Assembly: GCA_964291675.2 (NCBI GenBank)
Contig: OZ219866.1
Location: 1,440,001-1,504,000 of the forward strand
Source of the DNA: Alphaproteobacteria bacterium
Lineage (GTDB): Bacteria; Pseudomonadota; Alphaproteobacteria; MPNO01
DNA: 64,000 bases
Direction of reading: 5' to 3'
A program made the translations under genes and the position numbers. The first letter of the stretch is position 1. The number at the start of each line of letters is the position of its first letter. Of the stretch, positions 47,907 through 58,888 are shown in pieces. The notes beneath the pieces are model-generated. The model was given only the letters and a program-made list of their open reading frames with translations, made no database searches and was not told the origin of the DNA.

Positions 47907-50240
47907 GTGAGCGCGCGCGGGGAAGCCGACGATTTGCGGGCGATGGTGCTGGGGCGCGGGCGGTTCGTCGACGACTTCGACCCGCCCGGATGTCTCCACG
48001 TCCATTTCCTCAGAAGCCCGTTCGCGCGAGCGCGGATCGCCGGCATCGACGCGGCGGCGGCGCGGGCGGCCGACGGCGTGGTCCGGGTCTTGCTGGGCGG
48101 CGACCTGGCCGGGGTCACCGCGCCGGTCGCCGCCCGCATGGACGAGGCCGACTGGTATCGCTACCGCCCCACCGCCTGGCCGCTGATCGCCGAGACCGAA
48201 ATCCGCTTCGCGGGCGAGATCGTGGCCGCGGTGGTGGCGCGCGACGCCTATGCCGCGGAAGACGCCGCCGCGTCGATCGACGTGGACTACCGTCCCGAGG
48301 ACCCGGTCGCCGACATCGAGACGGCGCTCGGCGACGGCGCGCCGCCGGTGCACGAGGCGCTCGGCGGCAACACCCTGTTCGAGAGCCGCTTCGTCAGCGA
48401 CGCCGAGGCCGATCCCTTCGCCGACGCCCCGGTCGTCGTGTCGGGCCGCTTCCGCCACCCCCGGGTCGCGCCCTCGCCCATCGAGTGCTGCGGCTGTCTC
48501 GCGGTCCACGACCGGCGCGACGACGTGACCGAGATCCGCTCGCCGACCCAGGTGCCGCATATCCTGCGCGACGGAATCGCCAGGTTCCTGCGTCTTCCGG
48601 AGTCGAAGATCCGGGTCCGCCCGACCGATATCGGCGGCGGGTTCGGGGTCAAGATGCCGCTCTACCCGGAGGAGGCGATCGCCGCCTTCGCGGCGCGCAG
48701 CATCGGCGGCGCGGTCAAGTGGACCCAGGACCGGCGGCAGCACCTGGAGCGCGGCTACCACGCAAGGGACGCGGTGATCGAGGCCTCGCTCGCGGCCGAT
48801 GAGGACGGCCGGATTCTGGGCCTGAAGGCGGAACTCCGCTGCGATGCCGGCGCCTACACGCCCTACCCGCTCGGCCCGTCGCTCGAACCGCACACCGCGC
48901 TGGTCGGGCTGCCCGGCCCCTACGCCATCCCGTTCATCGACTACACCTCGCGCGCGGTCGCCACCAACAAATGCCCGACCGGCCCCTATCGCGGCGTCGG
49001 CTTCGGCCTCTGCCCGTTGGTGACGGAGAGCCTGGTCGACGCGCTCGCGCGGCGCATCGGCGCGGATCGCATCGCCGTCAGGCGGCGCAACCTGGTGCCC
49101 ACCGGGGCGTTCCCGTTCAGGACCGTCTCCGGCGGGATCATCGACAGCGGCGATTACGAGGGGCTGCTCGAAAAGCTGCTCGCCGCGGCGAAGATCGACG
49201 AGGCGGAGGACAGGCAGGGGCGCCGGGTCGGGGTCGGCATCTCCTGCTTCATCGAGCCCACCGGCATGGGCTGCACCGTGTTCCGCGGGCGCGGCATGAC
49301 CGACGTCCCGGGCTACGATTCGGCGGTGCTGCGCATCGCCCGGTCGGGCGCGGTCGAGGCCTATGTGACCACCCCCTCGATGGGCCAGCAGCCTTTTGTG
49401 GCGATGCGCCGGATCGTGGCCGAGAAATTCGGCATCGACGCCGCGCGGGTCCATGTCGCCTGCGCCGACACCGAGACCATGCCGCACGGCTCGGGCGCGT
49501 TCGCGAGCCGCGGGCTGGTCTCGGGCGGCGGCGCGCTGCACCGCGCGGCGAGCCAGGCGGTCGACCGGATGAAGCAATTCGCCGCGATCAAGCTGGAGCT
49601 CGACCCCGCCGACATCGTCTTCGCCGACGGGCGGTTCGCGGACGGGCGGAACTCGAACCGGTTCGCCACCTTCGAGGAGATCGCCGACTTCGCCCATTCG
49701 CCGAGCCCCGGCCTGCCCGACGGCCTGCCGCACGGGTTGCAGACCGCCGCGACCTTCGACACCCCGGGCGCGGCGACCTCGGCGGCGATGCACATCGCCG
49801 TCGTCGCCGTCGACACCGAGACCGGCGCGGTCGAGATCCTCCGATACACGGTGGCCGAGGATTGCGGCACCATCGCCGATATCGACGTGGTCGAGGGCCA
49901 GACCTGGGGCGGCGTGCTCCAGGGCATCGGCGCGGCGCTGCTGGAGGAAATCCGCTATGACGCGGCGGGGCAGCTCCAATCGGCCAGCTTCGCCGACTAC
50001 ACGATCCCCGGCGCGTTCGAGGCGCCGGGGATCGAGATCGTCCACCAGGAAACCCCCTCGCCGATCACCGAAGGCGGCTACAAGGGGGTGGGCGAGAGCG
50101 GCACCATCGGCGCGCCGGCGGCGATCGCCGGCGCGGTCCTCGACGCGCTCGGCCTCGAATGCGGCGATCTCCGACTGCCGCTCACCCCGGACCGGGTGCT
50201 GGCGCTGATCGCGGCGGCGGGAAGCCGGTCAGGCTCCTGA
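47907..50240 (+). CDS. Xanthine dehydrogenase-family molybdopterin-binding subunit (orphan, divergent)
   Basis: RSPFARARI, DIGGGFG, PYRGVGFG, SMGQQ, GYKGVGE. Confidence 0.88.
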   Translation: MSARGEADDLRAMVLGRGRFVDDFDPPGCLHVHFLRSPFARARIAGIDAAAARAADGVVRVLLGGDLAGVTAPVAARMDEADWYRYRPTAWPLIAETEIRFAGEIVAAVVARDAYAAEDAAASIDVDYRPEDPVADIETALGDGAPPVHEALGGNTLFESRFVSDAEADPFADAPVVVSGRFRHPRVAPSPIECCGCLAVHDRRDDVTEIRSPTQVPHILRDGIARFLRLPESKIRVRPTDIGGGFGVKMPLYPEEAIAAFAARSIGGAVKWTQDRRQHLERGYHARDAVIEASLAADEDGRILGLKAELRCDAGAYTPYPLGPSLEPHTALVGLPGPYAIPFIDYTSRAVATNKCPTGPYRGVGFGLCPLVTESLVDALARRIGADRIAVRRRNLVPTGAFPFRTVSGGIIDSGDYEGLLEKLLAAAKIDEAEDRQGRRVGVGISCFIEPTGMGCTVFRGRGMTDVPGYDSAVLRIARSGAVEAYVTTPSMGQQPFVAMRRIVAEKFGIDAARVHVACADTETMPHGSGAFASRGLVSGGGALHRAASQAVDRMKQFAAIKLELDPADIVFADGRFADGRNSNRFATFEEIADFAHSPSPGLPDGLPHGLQTAATFDTPGAATSAAMHIAVVAVDTETGAVEILRYTVAEDCGTIADIDVVEGQTWGGVLQGIGAALLEEIRYDAAGQLQSASFADYTIPGAFEAPGIEIVHQETPSPITEGGYKGVGESGTIGAPAAIAGAVLDALGLECGDLRLPLTPDRVLALIAAAGSRSGS

Positions 50241-50852
50241 ACGCGCGCCGAACAGGCCCTTCAGCCAGCGCAGGAACGCGCTCCACATCGCGCTGGCGCC
50301 GAGCGAGAACCCCGAGATCGGCTTGGCGGGGGGCGGCGCCGGCGCGGGCTCGGCGGTCTCCTCGGGCGTCTCCGCCGCCGCCTCGTCGGCGCCGCGCTCG
50401 GCCGCGATCTGCTCGTGCAGCGCTTCGGCGAAGCGGTCGATGAGCTGCGCCGCCACGTCCTTGATCATGCCGACGCCGCGGCCGTACTGGGCGACCGAGC
50501 CGGAGAGCTGCAGGTCGGTGCGGATCTGCACCTCCGTCGTGCCGTCATCGGCCGGAACCAGGCGGAAGTCGACATTGGCGTTGGCGCCGCCGCGGCCCTT
50601 GGCATCGCGCCCCTGCGCCTTGACGCGGGCCGAGTGGCCGGAATCGTCGCGGTCCTCGAACTTCGCATCGCCCTGGAAGGTCAGCGCCACCGGCCCGAGC
50701 CGGACCGACACCTTGCCCTTGAAGGCGTTCTCGTCGACGATCTCGGTGAGCTCGGCCCCCGGCATGCAGGGGGCGATGCGCTCGATATCGGTCAGGATGG
50801 CCCAGGCCTCGTCGACCGGCACCGCGACGTTGAAGGAATTCTCGAACTCCAA
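50229..50852 (-). CDS. coxG: CoxG/SRPBCC protein with C-terminal membrane anchor
   Basis: MEFENSF, IAPCMPGA, VRLGPV, AQYGRG; amphipathic tail WSAFLRWLKGLF. Confidence 0.88.
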   Translation of the reverse strand: MEFENSFNVAVPVDEAWAILTDIERIAPCMPGAELTEIVDENAFKGKVSVRLGPVALTFQGDAKFEDRDDSGHSARVKAQGRDAKGRGGANANVDFRLVPADDGTTEVQIRTDLQLSGSVAQYGRGVGMIKDVAAQLIDRFAEALHEQIAAERGADEAAAETPEETAEPAPAPPPAKPISGFSLGASAMWSAFLRWLKGLFGARSGA

Positions 50853-50874
50853 ACCTGCCTCCCTGGGCCGGGTC

Positions 50875-53199
50875 TCAGCCTGCGGCCCCGTTGATGGCGC
50901 GCCACACCGCCTCCGGGCTCGCCGGCATGTCGATGGCGCCGACGCCGAGCGGGCTCAGCGCATCGACGATCGCGTTCATCAGCGCCGGCATCGCGCCGAC
51001 GCAGCCGGCCTCGCCGGCGCCCTTGATGCCGAGCGGGTTGGTCGGGGTGGGCACCTCGTTGATCGCCATCTCGAAGCTCGGCAGATCGTCCGCCCGAGGC
51101 ATGGTGTAGTCCATGAAGGAGCCGGCGACGAGCTGGCCCGAGTCGCGGTCCCAGACGACGTTCTCCATCAGGATCTGGCCCAGACCCTGGACGATGCCGC
51201 CATGCAGCTGGCCTTCCATCAGCAGCGGGTTGAGCACGGTGCCGACATCGTCGACCGCGGCGTAGCGCAGGATCTCGACCTCGCCGGTCTCGGGGTCGAT
51301 CTCGACCTCGCAGACATGGCAGCCATTGGGGTAGGTCGGCGCCGGCGGCGTCCAGGCGGCCCATTCGTTGATGCCGGGCTCGAAGCCCGGCGGCACGGTC
51401 ATGAAGGACTGGGCGAGCTTCGCCGCGTCGACCAGGCCGAGCGTCCGGTCGGTGCCGGCCACGGTGAAGCTCCCGTCGGCGAACTCGATGTCCTCTTCCG
51501 CCGCCTCCAGCCTGTGGGCGGCGATCTTGCGGCAGCGCTCGATCACCTTGTCGGCGGCCAGCGCGATCGAGGCGCCGCCGACGCCCGACGAGCGCGAGCC
51601 GAAGGTCCCGGTGCCGGCCATCGCCTCGTCGGAATCGCCCTGGGCGATGCGGACCTGCTCGAAATCGAGGCCGAGCCTGTCCGACAGGATCTGGCGGAAC
51701 ACCGTCTCGTGCCCCTGGCCGTGGTTGTGCGTGCCCATGGTGAGCGTCGCCGAACCCGAGGGGTCGAAGCGGATCTGCGCCCATTCCGGGAACCCGCCGG
51801 CGGATTGCTCGATCACGTTGGAGATGCCGATCCCGCGCAGCCTGCCGCGCGCGCCGGCTTCGGCCCGGCGGTCCTCGCGCCCGGCGTAATCGACCAGCGC
51901 GAGCGCCCGGTCCATGTTGGTCTCGAACTCGCCCGAATCGTAGGTGAAGACGAGGCCGGTCCGGTAGGGGAACGCATCGGCGGCGATGTAGTTGCGCCGC
52001 CGGAGCTCCGCCGGGTCGATGCCGAGCTCGTCGGCCGCGGTGTCGATCACCCGCTCGATGGCATAGGCCGCCTCCGGCCTGCCGGCGCCGCGATAGGGCC
52101 CGGTCGACATCGTGTTGGTGAACACCGCGGTCACATGGGTGTAGATCGCCCGCGTCCGGTAGGGGCCGGCCAGCGAGCCCAGATTGTTGGTCGAGGAATG
52201 CGGCCCGAGCAGGGTCAGATAGGCCCCGAGATTGGCGGTCGTCCGCACCCTGAGGGCGAGGAACTCGCCGTCGCGGGTGAGCGCCAGCTCGGCGGTGGAG
52301 ATGTTGTCGCGCGCCTGGTCGTCGACCATGAACCCCTCGGTCCGGTCGCCGGTCCACTTGACCGGCCGGCCGAGCATCTTCGAGGCGTGAAGGCACATCG
52401 TGTATTCGCAATAAGGGCCCGACCGCATCCCGAAGGCGCCGCCCATGTCGTGGCTGACGACGCGGAGGTCGCCCTCCGGCACCTTGAGGATCGGCGAGGC
52501 GGTCGCCATGCGCACCCCGTGCGGGCCCTGGGTGCCGGTATGGAGGGTGTAGCGCCCGGCGAAGGGATCGAACTCGCCGATGCAGGCGCGCGGCTCCATC
52601 GGGGCGACGGCGACGCGGGTGACGATGAAGTCGAGCCTGGTGACATGGTCGGCCGCGGCGAAGGCGGTCTCGACCGCGTCCTTGTCGCCCTGCTCGAAGA
52701 CGAAGCAGACATTGTCGGGCGCCTCCGGCCAGACCGCGGGCGCGCCGTCGGCCAGCGCGTCCGCGGTGGCGGTGACCGACGCCAGCGGCTCGTATTCGAC
52801 CTCGATCAGCTCGGCGGCGTCGCGCGCCGCATCCTGGGTCTCGGCGACGACGAAGGCGACATAGTCGCCCACCAGCCGCACCCGGCCCTTGCGCAGCGGC
52901 AGGTTGGGCGGGGTGAACATGGGCGAGCCGTCGGGCTTGTTGCGCGGCACCGCGCAGGGGATGCTGCCGAGCCCCGCCGCCTCGACATCCGCATGGGTAT
53001 AGACCGCGAGCACCCCCGGGGCCGCGCGCGCGGCGGCTGCGTCGATCGAGCGGATCTCGGCATGGGCGTGGGGCGAGCGCAGCACATGGCCATAGGCCTG
53101 GCCCGGACGGTTGAGGTCGTCGGAGTAGCGCCCGCCGCCGCGCAGCAGGCGCGGGTCTTCCCAGCGCGGCACGCCCTGGCCGATACCGAACTTGGTCAT
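50875..53199 (-). CDS. Xanthine dehydrogenase-family molybdopterin-binding subunit
   Basis: KFGIGQ, RSPHAHA, PYRGAGRPEA, HGQGHET, GIKGAGEAG. Confidence 0.92.
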   Translation of the reverse strand: MTKFGIGQGVPRWEDPRLLRGGGRYSDDLNRPGQAYGHVLRSPHAHAEIRSIDAAAARAAPGVLAVYTHADVEAAGLGSIPCAVPRNKPDGSPMFTPPNLPLRKGRVRLVGDYVAFVVAETQDAARDAAELIEVEYEPLASVTATADALADGAPAVWPEAPDNVCFVFEQGDKDAVETAFAAADHVTRLDFIVTRVAVAPMEPRACIGEFDPFAGRYTLHTGTQGPHGVRMATASPILKVPEGDLRVVSHDMGGAFGMRSGPYCEYTMCLHASKMLGRPVKWTGDRTEGFMVDDQARDNISTAELALTRDGEFLALRVRTTANLGAYLTLLGPHSSTNNLGSLAGPYRTRAIYTHVTAVFTNTMSTGPYRGAGRPEAAYAIERVIDTAADELGIDPAELRRRNYIAADAFPYRTGLVFTYDSGEFETNMDRALALVDYAGREDRRAEAGARGRLRGIGISNVIEQSAGGFPEWAQIRFDPSGSATLTMGTHNHGQGHETVFRQILSDRLGLDFEQVRIAQGDSDEAMAGTGTFGSRSSGVGGASIALAADKVIERCRKIAAHRLEAAEEDIEFADGSFTVAGTDRTLGLVDAAKLAQSFMTVPPGFEPGINEWAAWTPPAPTYPNGCHVCEVEIDPETGEVEILRYAAVDDVGTVLNPLLMEGQLHGGIVQGLGQILMENVVWDRDSGQLVAGSFMDYTMPRADDLPSFEMAINEVPTPTNPLGIKGAGEAGCVGAMPALMNAIVDALSPLGVGAIDMPASPEAVWRAINGAAG

Positions 53200-53397
53200 G
53201 AAAGCCTTCCCACTCCTTGCCCGGTCGCACGACGCGGAGGGCGGGCCGAATCCCTCCCCGGGCGGCGATGAAATTCACGGCCGCCGGAATCGGCGCTGTT
53301 ATCCGCGGACGCCGGATGATAGGGGAAGGGCAAGGCGGCAACAACGCCGCTGTCTGGCCCTGACCCGGCCGCCGCAAGCCGGTAATGAGGAGTCGGG

Positions 53398-54552
53398 ATG
53401 GACGCGACGCGAGACAGGCTCGAGGCCTTGGCCGGCCGCGCCGCCGAGATATGGGGGGCGGGCGTCTTCGGCCTGGAGCTCGGCGCCGTCCTGTCCGCGC
53501 TGCTGGTCTTCGTTGCCTGCCTGCTGCTGCGCGGCCCGTTCTCGCGCCTGGTCGTGGGGCGCCTGGCGCGCTGGGCGGAGAAGACCGAGAACAAGATCGA
53601 CGATGCCGCGGTCCGGGCCCTGGAGCCGCCGCTCCGCTTCGTTCCCTTCGCCCTCGGTCTGTTCCTTGCGAAGGAGATACTGCCTGTCGCCGGGCTGGTG
53701 GAGCGCATCGCCGACGACGTGCTGCGCTCGCTGGCCGCGTTCGTCCTGTTCTGGGCGCTCTACCGCCTCGCCGAGCCGCTGCGCGGGCTCTCCGGGCGGC
53801 TGCAGGCGAAAATCGGCGCCGAGGTGGTCGACTGGACGGTCCGCGGCCTCAAGATCGCCTTCGTGGCGCTAGGCGCGATCACCGTTCTGGAGATCTGGGG
53901 GATCGAGGTCGCGCCGATCCTCGCCGGTCTCGGACTGATCGGGGTCGCCGTGGCGCTCGGCGCGCAGGACCTGTTCCGCAATCTGATCGCCGGGCTGCTG
54001 ATCATCGGCGAGCGCCGGCTGGCGCATGGCGAATGGATCAAGATCGAGGGCGGAGTCGAGGGGACGGTCGAGGCCATCGGGTTCCGCTCCACCCGGGTAA
54101 GGCAGTTCGACAAGGCGCCGATCTACGTCCCCAACTCCAAGCTCGCCGACACCGCGCTGGTCAACTACACGCGGATGACCCATCGCCGCATCTACTGGAT
54201 GATCGGCGTCGAGTACCGCACGACCGTCGAACAGCTCCGCCGGATCCGCGACGGGATCGAGGCGTTCCTGCTGGAGGACGACGCCTTCGCCCACCCGCCC
54301 GAGGTGCCGACCTTCGTGCGCATCGACCGGCTCTCGGATTCCTCCATCGACATCATGGTCTATTGCTTCACGGTGACCACGTCGTGGGGCGAGTGGCTGG
54401 CGATCAAGGAACGGCTCGCCTACCGCATCAAGGCGATCGTCGAGGAGGCCGGCACCGGCTTCGCCTTCCCGTCCCGGTCGCTCTATATCGAGACCGGCGG
54501 CGACGCGCCGGAAATCTTCGTCCCGCCGGAGCCCGACGGCACGGACAATTAG
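53398..54552 (+). CDS. mscS: Small-conductance mechanosensitive channel family protein
   Basis: AGLGLIGVAVALGAQD, GTVEAIGFRSTR, VPNS, FAFPS. Confidence 0.9.
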   Translation: MDATRDRLEALAGRAAEIWGAGVFGLELGAVLSALLVFVACLLLRGPFSRLVVGRLARWAEKTENKIDDAAVRALEPPLRFVPFALGLFLAKEILPVAGLVERIADDVLRSLAAFVLFWALYRLAEPLRGLSGRLQAKIGAEVVDWTVRGLKIAFVALGAITVLEIWGIEVAPILAGLGLIGVAVALGAQDLFRNLIAGLLIIGERRLAHGEWIKIEGGVEGTVEAIGFRSTRVRQFDKAPIYVPNSKLADTALVNYTRMTHRRIYWMIGVEYRTTVEQLRRIRDGIEAFLLEDDAFAHPPEVPTFVRIDRLSDSSIDIMVYCFTVTTSWGEWLAIKERLAYRIKAIVEEAGTGFAFPSRSLYIETGGDAPEIFVPPEPDGTDN

Positions 54553-54651
54553 GACTCGTATCGACCCGCGTCGCCGTTGACTAAAGCGCGGGCGGCCAAC
54601 ATATATGCGCGTCCGCGGGCAGGGACGCCCGCCCTCTATCGGGGAACAGCC

Positions 54652-55824
54652 ATGATTCCGGCCGTCATGCCGAGCTATGCGCGCGTGGACGTCGCGTTCG
54701 AACGCGGCGAGGGACCCTATCTCTACGCCTCGGACGGCCGACGATTCCTCGATTTCGGCGCCGGCATCGCGGTCACCGTGGCGGGGCATTGCCATCCCCA
54801 TCTGGTGGAGGCGCTGACCGGCCAGGCGCGGCGCCTGTGGCACACCTCCAATCTCTACCGCATCCCGGGGCAGACGCGTCTCGCCGAGCGGCTGACCGCG
54901 GCGAGCTTCGCCGACACGGTGTTCTTCTGCAACTCGGGTGCGGAGGCGATGGAGGCCTCGCTGAAGACCGCGCGCAAGTACCAGTTCGAGTCCGGGCGGG
55001 CGGAGCGCTACCGCTTCGTCGTCTTCGACGACAGCTTCCACGGCCGGACGCTGGCGCTGATCGCGGCCGGGGCGAACGATGCGCATCGCCGCGGCTTCGG
55101 CCCGATGCTCGATTCCTTCGACCGCGTGGCGTATGGCGATCTCGACGCGGTGCAGGCGGCGATCGGCCCGGAGACGGCCGGAATCGTCGTCGAGCCGGTC
55201 CAGGGCGAGGGCGGCATCCGGCCGGCCGATCCCGGGTTCCTGCGCGGGCTGCGCGGGCTCGCCGACGAGCACGACCTGGCGCTGATCTATGACGAGGTGC
55301 AGTGCGGCATCGGCCGCACCGGCCATCTGTTCGCCCACCAGGCCGCGGACGCCCCGCCCGACATCATGGCGCTGGCCAAGGGGCTCGGCGGCGGGTTCCC
55401 GATCGGCGCCTGCCTGGTCGACGAGGAGGCCGCCATCGGCATGGTGCCCGGCACCCATGGCAGCACCTTCGGCGGCAACCCGCTGGCCAGCGCGGCGGCC
55501 AACGCGGTGCTCGACATCGTGCTCGAAGACGGGTTCCTCGAGGGCGTCAGGCAACGCGGCGCCGCCCTCGGCGAGGCGCTGCGCGGGCTCGCGCGGCGCT
55601 ACCAGGGGGTCATCGAGGAGGTTCGCGGCGTCGGCTTCATGTGGGGCATGAAATGCGTCGGCCCCAATGCCGAGCTCGGCGGCAAGATGTTCGACAGGGG
55701 GCTGCTCAACGTGCTCGCCGCCGACAACATGGTGCGGCTGCTGCCGCCGCTGATCGCCGGGGAAGACCATATCGCCGAGGCGCTGGAGACCGTCGAGGCC
55801 TGCTGCGCCGAGATCGCGAAATGA
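54652..55824 (+). CDS. argD: Acetylornithine aminotransferase
   Basis: [41 protein letters not shown]; precedes argF. Confidence 0.94.
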   Translation: MIPAVMPSYARVDVAFERGEGPYLYASDGRRFLDFGAGIAVTVAGHCHPHLVEALTGQARRLWHTSNLYRIPGQTRLAERLTAASFADTVFFCNSGAEAMEASLKTARKYQFESGRAERYRFVVFDDSFHGRTLALIAAGANDAHRRGFGPMLDSFDRVAYGDLDAVQAAIGPETAGIVVEPVQGEGGIRPADPGFLRGLRGLADEHDLALIYDEVQCGIGRTGHLFAHQAADAPPDIMALAKGLGGGFPIGACLVDEEAAIGMVPGTHGSTFGGNPLASAAANAVLDIVLEDGFLEGVRQRGAALGEALRGLARRYQGVIEEVRGVGFMWGMKCVGPNAELGGKMFDRGLLNVLAADNMVRLLPPLIAGEDHIAEALETVEACCAEIAK

Positions 55825-56732
55825 GCCGGCCGCGGCATTTTCTCGACCTCGCGGAGCACGAGCCCGCCGTGCTGCGCCGCATGATCGACCGCTCGCTGGC
55901 GCTCAAGGCCGACCCGGGCGCGCTGGACGGCGCGGCGCCGCTCGCCGGGCTTACGCTGGCGCTGATCTTCGAGAAGCCCTCGACGCGGACCCGGGTGTCC
56001 TTCGAGGTGGCGATGACGAGCCTCGGCGGCAATGTCATGGTGCTCAATCCGAACGACATGCAGATCGGCCGGGGCGAGACCATCGCGGACACCGCGCGGG
56101 TGCTGTCGCGCTATGTCGATGCGATCATGATCCGCACCTTCGAGGCCGACACGCTCGCCGCCCTCGCCCGGCACGCGACGGTGCCGGTGATCAACGGGCT
56201 CACCGGCCGCTCGCACCCCTGCCAGTTGATGGCCGACGTGATGACCTTCGAGGAGCATCGCGGGCCGATCGAGGATCGGGTCGTCGCCTGGTCGGGCGAC
56301 GGCAACAACGTGGCCTGCTCCTGGATCGAGGCGGCGGCGGCGTTCAACTTCGAGCTCCGCCTCGCTTGCCCGCCGGTGCTGGCGCCGCCGGCCGCGATCG
56401 TCGAGCGGGCGGAACGCAATGGCGGGCGGGTCGCGCTCACCGAGGATCCCTGCGCAGCGGTGCGCGGCGCGGATTGCGTGGTGACCGACACCTGGGTGTC
56501 GATGGGCGACGATCCCGCGGACCGCCGGCACAACGTCCTCGCGCCCTTCCGGGTCGACGGGCGGCTGATGTCGCTGGCCAAGCCGGATGCGATCTTCATG
56601 CACTGCCTGCCCGCCCATCGCGGCGAGGAGGTGACGGCGGAAGTCATCGACGGGCCGCAATCGGTGGTCTGGGACGAGGCGGAGAACCGCATGCACGCGC
56701 AGAAGGCGATCCTTCTGTGGTGTCTCGAATGA
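55821..56732 (+). CDS. argF: Ornithine carbamoyltransferase
   Basis: [30 protein letters not shown]. Confidence 0.96.
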   Translation: MSRPRHFLDLAEHEPAVLRRMIDRSLALKADPGALDGAAPLAGLTLALIFEKPSTRTRVSFEVAMTSLGGNVMVLNPNDMQIGRGETIADTARVLSRYVDAIMIRTFEADTLAALARHATVPVINGLTGRSHPCQLMADVMTFEEHRGPIEDRVVAWSGDGNNVACSWIEAAAAFNFELRLACPPVLAPPAAIVERAERNGGRVALTEDPCAAVRGADCVVTDTWVSMGDDPADRRHNVLAPFRVDGRLMSLAKPDAIFMHCLPAHRGEEVTAEVIDGPQSVVWDEAENRMHAQKAILLWCLE

Positions 56733-57697
56733 CCGGCGACGGAACAACCTCGGAGGAAGCCGGACCGTTACCGCTGGTCGGGAACGACATCGTGCTGCCG
56801 TTCCAGATCGAGAGCCAGGCGGCCCGCGGCAAGCTGGTGCGGCTCGGCGGGACGGTCGACAGGATCGTCTCGCGGCGCAACTATCCGGCGCCGGTGGCGA
56901 CGCTGCTCGGCGAGCTCGCGGTGCTGGCGGCGCTGGTCTCCTCGGCGCTCAAATACGACGGGGTGCTGACCGTCCAGGTGAAGGGCGACGGCCCGGTCAC
57001 CATGCTGGTCGCCGACGCCACCTCGGCGGGCGAGATACGCGCCTATGCCGCCTTCGACCGGGCAACCCTCGCCCGGGCCGCCGCCGGGGACTGGCGAACC
57101 GCTCCGGTGCCGTGTTTGCTGGGGGACGGCTATCTCGCCTTCACCATCGACCGCGGCCCCGAGGTCGAGCGCTACCAGGGCATCGTCGAGCTGCGCGGCG
57201 GCTCGCTCGCCGACTGCGCCCGCCGCCACTTCCGCGAATCCGACCAGAACCAGGCGGCGTTCAAGCTGGCGGTCGCGCCGACCGGGCCGAGCGGCGCCTG
57301 GCGCGCCGGCGGCATGATGATGCAACGCCTGCCGGATGCCGGGCCGGCGCGGCTTTCCGGCGAGGCCCCGGACGAGGAGTTGGAGGAGAGCTGGCGCCGC
57401 GCTGTGGTGCTGATGGCTTCCTGCACCCCGGCGGAGCTCGTCGACGACCGGCTGCATCCGCACGATCTTCTCTACCGCCTGTTCCACGAGGACGGCGTGC
57501 GGGTGTTCGAGCCCCACGCGCTGGCGCATGGCTGCCGCTGTTCGCGCGACCGGGTGGAGGCCACGCTTCGCTCCTTTCCGCGCGAGGAGATCGAGGATCT
57601 GGAGATCGACGGCGAGGTCGTCGTCACCTGCGAGTTCTGCGGCGCCCGCTATGCGTTCGACGACAGCGACATCGACCGGATCTACCTGACCAATTGA
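56729..57697 (+). CDS. hslO: Hsp33 redox-regulated chaperone
   Basis: YQGIV, CRCS...CEFC zinc site; follows argF. Confidence 0.93.
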   Translation: MTGDGTTSEEAGPLPLVGNDIVLPFQIESQAARGKLVRLGGTVDRIVSRRNYPAPVATLLGELAVLAALVSSALKYDGVLTVQVKGDGPVTMLVADATSAGEIRAYAAFDRATLARAAAGDWRTAPVPCLLGDGYLAFTIDRGPEVERYQGIVELRGGSLADCARRHFRESDQNQAAFKLAVAPTGPSGAWRAGGMMMQRLPDAGPARLSGEAPDEELEESWRRAVVLMASCTPAELVDDRLHPHDLLYRLFHEDGVRVFEPHALAHGCRCSRDRVEATLRSFPREEIEDLEIDGEVVVTCEFCGARYAFDDSDIDRIYLTN

Positions 57698-57706
57698 GCG
57701 CGCGGG

Positions 57707-58852
57707 CTAAACGCTGACGGAATCGACGACCCGTCCGAGGAAGGCGCTGCACGCCGCGATCTGGTCGAGGCGGACGAACTCGTCGGGCTGGTGGGCCTCG
57801 CTCACGCTGCCCGGGCCGCAGACGATCGACGGCACGCCGGCCTCGGCGAACAGCCCGGCCTCGCAGACATAGGGCGCGGTCGACGGCCGGTTCTGGCCGG
57901 TGAGGCGGAGCGCGAACGTCTCGGCCTCGGAGCCCGGGGACGGCCCCAGCGTTGGCGCGGCGGCCTCGACGGTGGTCCGGATGCGGGCCTCGGGATCGAC
58001 CGCCCGCATGCGCGGCATCAGCGCATCCTCCGCGAAGGCGTCGAGCCGGGCAAGCACACGGGCGGGGTCGACATCGGGCGTCGGGCGCATCTCCCAGCCA
58101 AAATCGCAGTGCCGGGCGACGATGTTGACCGCCGCGCCGCCGCCGATCCGGCCGATATTGAAGGTCGTGCCCGGCGGATCGAACGACGCCGCGGCTCCGT
58201 CGCTCGGCAGCGCGCCGATCACCGCTTCGATCTCGCGGATATATTCGGCCGCGAACAGGATCGCGTTCACCCCTTCGGCGGGGCGGCTCGAATGCCCGTC
58301 CCGGCCCAGCACGGCGGTGTGCTGCTGGGAGATGCCCTTGTGCGCATTGACCACCCGCATGTCGGTGGGCTCGCCGACGATGGCGAAGCCGGGTCTCGGC
58401 AGCTCCCTGCCGATCAGCGCGATCAGCGAGCGGACCCCGATGCAGCCCACCTCCTCGTCGTGCGACAGCGCGATGTGGACCGGCCGGGCCAGCCGGGCGG
58501 CGCCCAGCCGGGGCGCAAGCGCGAGCGCGCAGCCGATGAACCCCTTCATGTCGGCGGTGCCGCGGCCATACAGCCGGCCCTCGCGTTCGGCCATGGCGAA
58601 CGGATCGCCGGTCCAGGGCTGGCCGTCCACCGGAACCACGTCGGAATGCCCCGACAGCACGATGCCGCCGGGCTCCGGCGGGCCGAAGGTGGCGAACAGG
58701 TTGGCCTTGTCCCCGGTCTCGTCCGGCACCTGGCGGACCGCGGCGCCGTGGCCGGCGAGATAGCCGGCGACGGCGTCGATCAGCGGCTTGTTGGGCTTGG
58801 CGGAGGTGGTGTCGAAACCGACCAGCCAGCCGATCGCCTCGACATCGCTCAT
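57707..58852 (-). CDS. argE: Acetylornithine deacetylase (M20)
   Basis: LSGHSDVVP, GRGTADMKG, DEEVGC, GEPT, AHQPDE; alternative start at 58885. Confidence 0.92.
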   Translation of the reverse strand: MSDVEAIGWLVGFDTTSAKPNKPLIDAVAGYLAGHGAAVRQVPDETGDKANLFATFGPPEPGGIVLSGHSDVVPVDGQPWTGDPFAMAEREGRLYGRGTADMKGFIGCALALAPRLGAARLARPVHIALSHDEEVGCIGVRSLIALIGRELPRPGFAIVGEPTDMRVVNAHKGISQQHTAVLGRDGHSSRPAEGVNAILFAAEYIREIEAVIGALPSDGAAASFDPPGTTFNIGRIGGGAAVNIVARHCDFGWEMRPTPDVDPARVLARLDAFAEDALMPRMRAVDPEARIRTTVEAAAPTLGPSPGSEAETFALRLTGQNRPSTAPYVCEAGLFAEAGVPSIVCGPGSVSEAHQPDEFVRLDQIAACSAFLGRVVDSVSV

Positions 58853-58888
58853 CGCGCGCTGCGCGGCGCGGCCTGGGGCGGGCACGCT